The translations under genes were made by a program, and so were the position numbers. A stretch of DNA of 62,475 nt, counting the filler, from Sphacelaria rigidula (lineage: Eukaryota): NCBI GenBank assembly GCA_964200075.2. It is 11 parts of 11 records of this genome, joined end to end, with 100 filler letters (N's around TTAATTAATTAA, not from the genome) between each part and the next. Parts side by side here need not be neighbours in the genome. Positions count along the whole stretch, not along the records: positions 56,888 to 62,475 come from CAXNAA020026074.1; 10 more parts are not named here. One strand, 5' to 3'. Within the stretch, counting starts at the first letter, position 1. Each line of letters begins with the position of its first letter. Shown in pieces: positions 60,591-62,475 of the stretch. The notes under the pieces were generated by a model. The model had not been told where the DNA came from, did not search any database, and saw only the letters and a program-made list of their open reading frames with translations.

Positions 60591-61061
60591 GGCCAACTCT
60601 TATGAGAGCCGTTCAAAATTCCTGTCGAAAACTGCCTTTTGGGCCCTTCTCCGTCGATGTACCCCCCAAACAAGGGCTAGGCGGATGTGGACGCCTTGGA
60701 ATGACTTGATCTACTCGTCGAGACCGTTCCACGACAACTTTGCATTTCCCGCTGGCCGCACTTTTGTTTTTGGCCAAATCAGGCCAAACACGGATTTTCA
60801 GTGACAAACGGTCAGGTGATCAAGATTTCCCCCCTGTTTTTTTATCGCTTGACCGTTTTTTATTGAATATCCGTGTTTGGCCAAGTGTAAATGTGCGGCC
60901 AGTGGGAAATGCAAAGTTGCCGTAGAACGGTCTCAAGTAGAGCAAGTCGTTCCAAGGCGTCGGCATCCGCCTAGCCCTCTTTTCAGGCGTAAAACAACGG
61001 AGAAGGGCCAAAAATGCAGTTTTGAACATGATTTTTGAACCGCTCCCATTAGAGTCGGTCC
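60591..61061. mobile_element. ~470-bp whole-length hairpin MITE; partial arms at 26724-26842 and ~59057-59088
   Basis: The arms are reverse complementary, e.g. CAACTTTGCATTTCCCGCTGGCCGCAC / GTGCGGCCAGTGGGAAATGCAAAGTTG and GGCCCTTCTCCGT / ACGGAGAAGGGCC. Confidence 0.8.
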
Positions 61062-62475
61062 AAGACCCACTTTTATTGCAAGCACAAATCTCGATTTTTC
61101 AAAATCGGGGTAAAACAATCGGGGAACACATTGTATGAAAACGGATTTTGGACCAAAATCGGGGGCGAAAACATCGAGGGGTAGCGATCTCGGAACGATT
61201 TCCCCCCATTTTTCGAGAAAAAATCGGGGCAAATCGTTCCGAGATCGTGACTCACCCCGATTTTTTTGAGGTGACGTACGGGCATTAACGTGCAATGCTA
61301 GAGTACGAGGCATTTGATATTTTGGCAACGGCAGCAGAACACAATTTCGTGACAGCACAGGGCGTGCCTACTGCCCGCCCCAGCTGCTGAAGTAACTTCG
61401 CAGGGGGTTTGACAAGCGGATAATGAGTGCTGACGCCATACCCCTGTGGGGATAGTAATACTTTATGCTGCACTGCGCTGCCACATGTATCACTATAGTA
61501 TAACAAACGCTACTGTTGTCGTTGTGCTTGAGGGGTGATGCACGACACTACACTACGGAACTCTGGTCACGCACAGTTTGTTCTCTGATCTCGCAATACC
61601 GGCTGTGCTGTCGACCACATGGCATTATCATGTACTGTCCTGCTGACGTAGCGTCCTGCGCTGTATTACCCTAGGGTACCAAGGTACGACACTGTACTCG
61701 AAGGATTATTTACCGCCTGCCTGCTCTTCGGCTTCATGCACGAGGACGCAGTACCACACTCATGGAGAAAATGGCCGTCTGTGTACAGAGGCGTTTCACA
61801 AATCTGCGATACTGTTTTGTCTGCGCCATAAAAGGATCCCCTTGATTTCGAGTCCACGACTTTGAGTCCCCCCGTCCCAAAAAAGTCGAGATTTGTCATG
61901 AAAGTTGGTCCAACTCTTCGAATTACCAATGGCATCTTCACTCTTCGCTCAAATTCATTGTCAGCTGGCCCGGCTCGTGCACGTTACACGTTTATATGTC
62001 GTTTGGTATGTTGAAAAAAGTCAATGTTCAGGCTACTTCTTACGTTTAAAATGACCAAGAACCCATTCATTATGTGATCAGAAAACGCATTTTCTGATGG
62101 AAGTTTTTCTGATAACTTTGATCGATAGCCCAAAGTTATCAGAAAATCAAGATTTTCAGCTATCGAAAAATGTTATCGAAAAAGTGTTTGAACCTCGTTT
62201 GAACACCTTACAGCCCACGACAGCACCTGTGATGGCTTGGCTGCCATCACTACTACTAACAGCGGATCATCTATGTTGAGGATGGTGCTTTTTGTTGAGG
62301 ATGAACGACACGTGAAATTGTATCCTGGAGGTGCAAAAGTATTTTTCTTCGGAAATGATTTTGTAGTTGAAGGGAGCACCAAGGCGATATACCACGGCGA
62401 TATTAATCCGGTGCGTCGTCGAGAACGATGCCCGGCGTGTCGTCGAGGTTAGGGTTACGACGAGCACAATTCTGT

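Overview
This is eukaryotic, repeat-rich, intron-containing DNA, most likely from a brown alga or other stramenopile. That assignment is inferred from the spliced exons, interstitial TTAGGG tracts and the style of the repeat families. The window is not one locus. It is 11 unrelated small contigs of 5,588-5,589 bp joined by 100-nt artificial linkers (N44-TTAATTAATTAA-N44), so proximity across linkers carries no meaning. Host-gene fragments: one exon of GDP-mannose 3,5-epimerase (apparent GC donor), three in-phase exons of an RRP6/EXOSC10-like exosome nuclease (HRDC domain plus tail), and a six-exon gene at 35.1-37.0 kb. That gene is the most interesting item. It encodes a basic, RELR-containing pro-region followed by five tandem ~36-aa six-cysteine modules, each on its own exon, three of them apparently generated by duplication of an exon+intron unit. 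The rest is transposon debris: Copia and chromodomain-Gypsy remnants, RTE-like LINE remnants, non-autonomous hAT and Tc1/mariner-like elements, several palindromic MITE families, tRNA-derived SINEs and satellites. Several insertions are nested in a readable order. No rRNA, intact tRNA or CRISPR array is supported.
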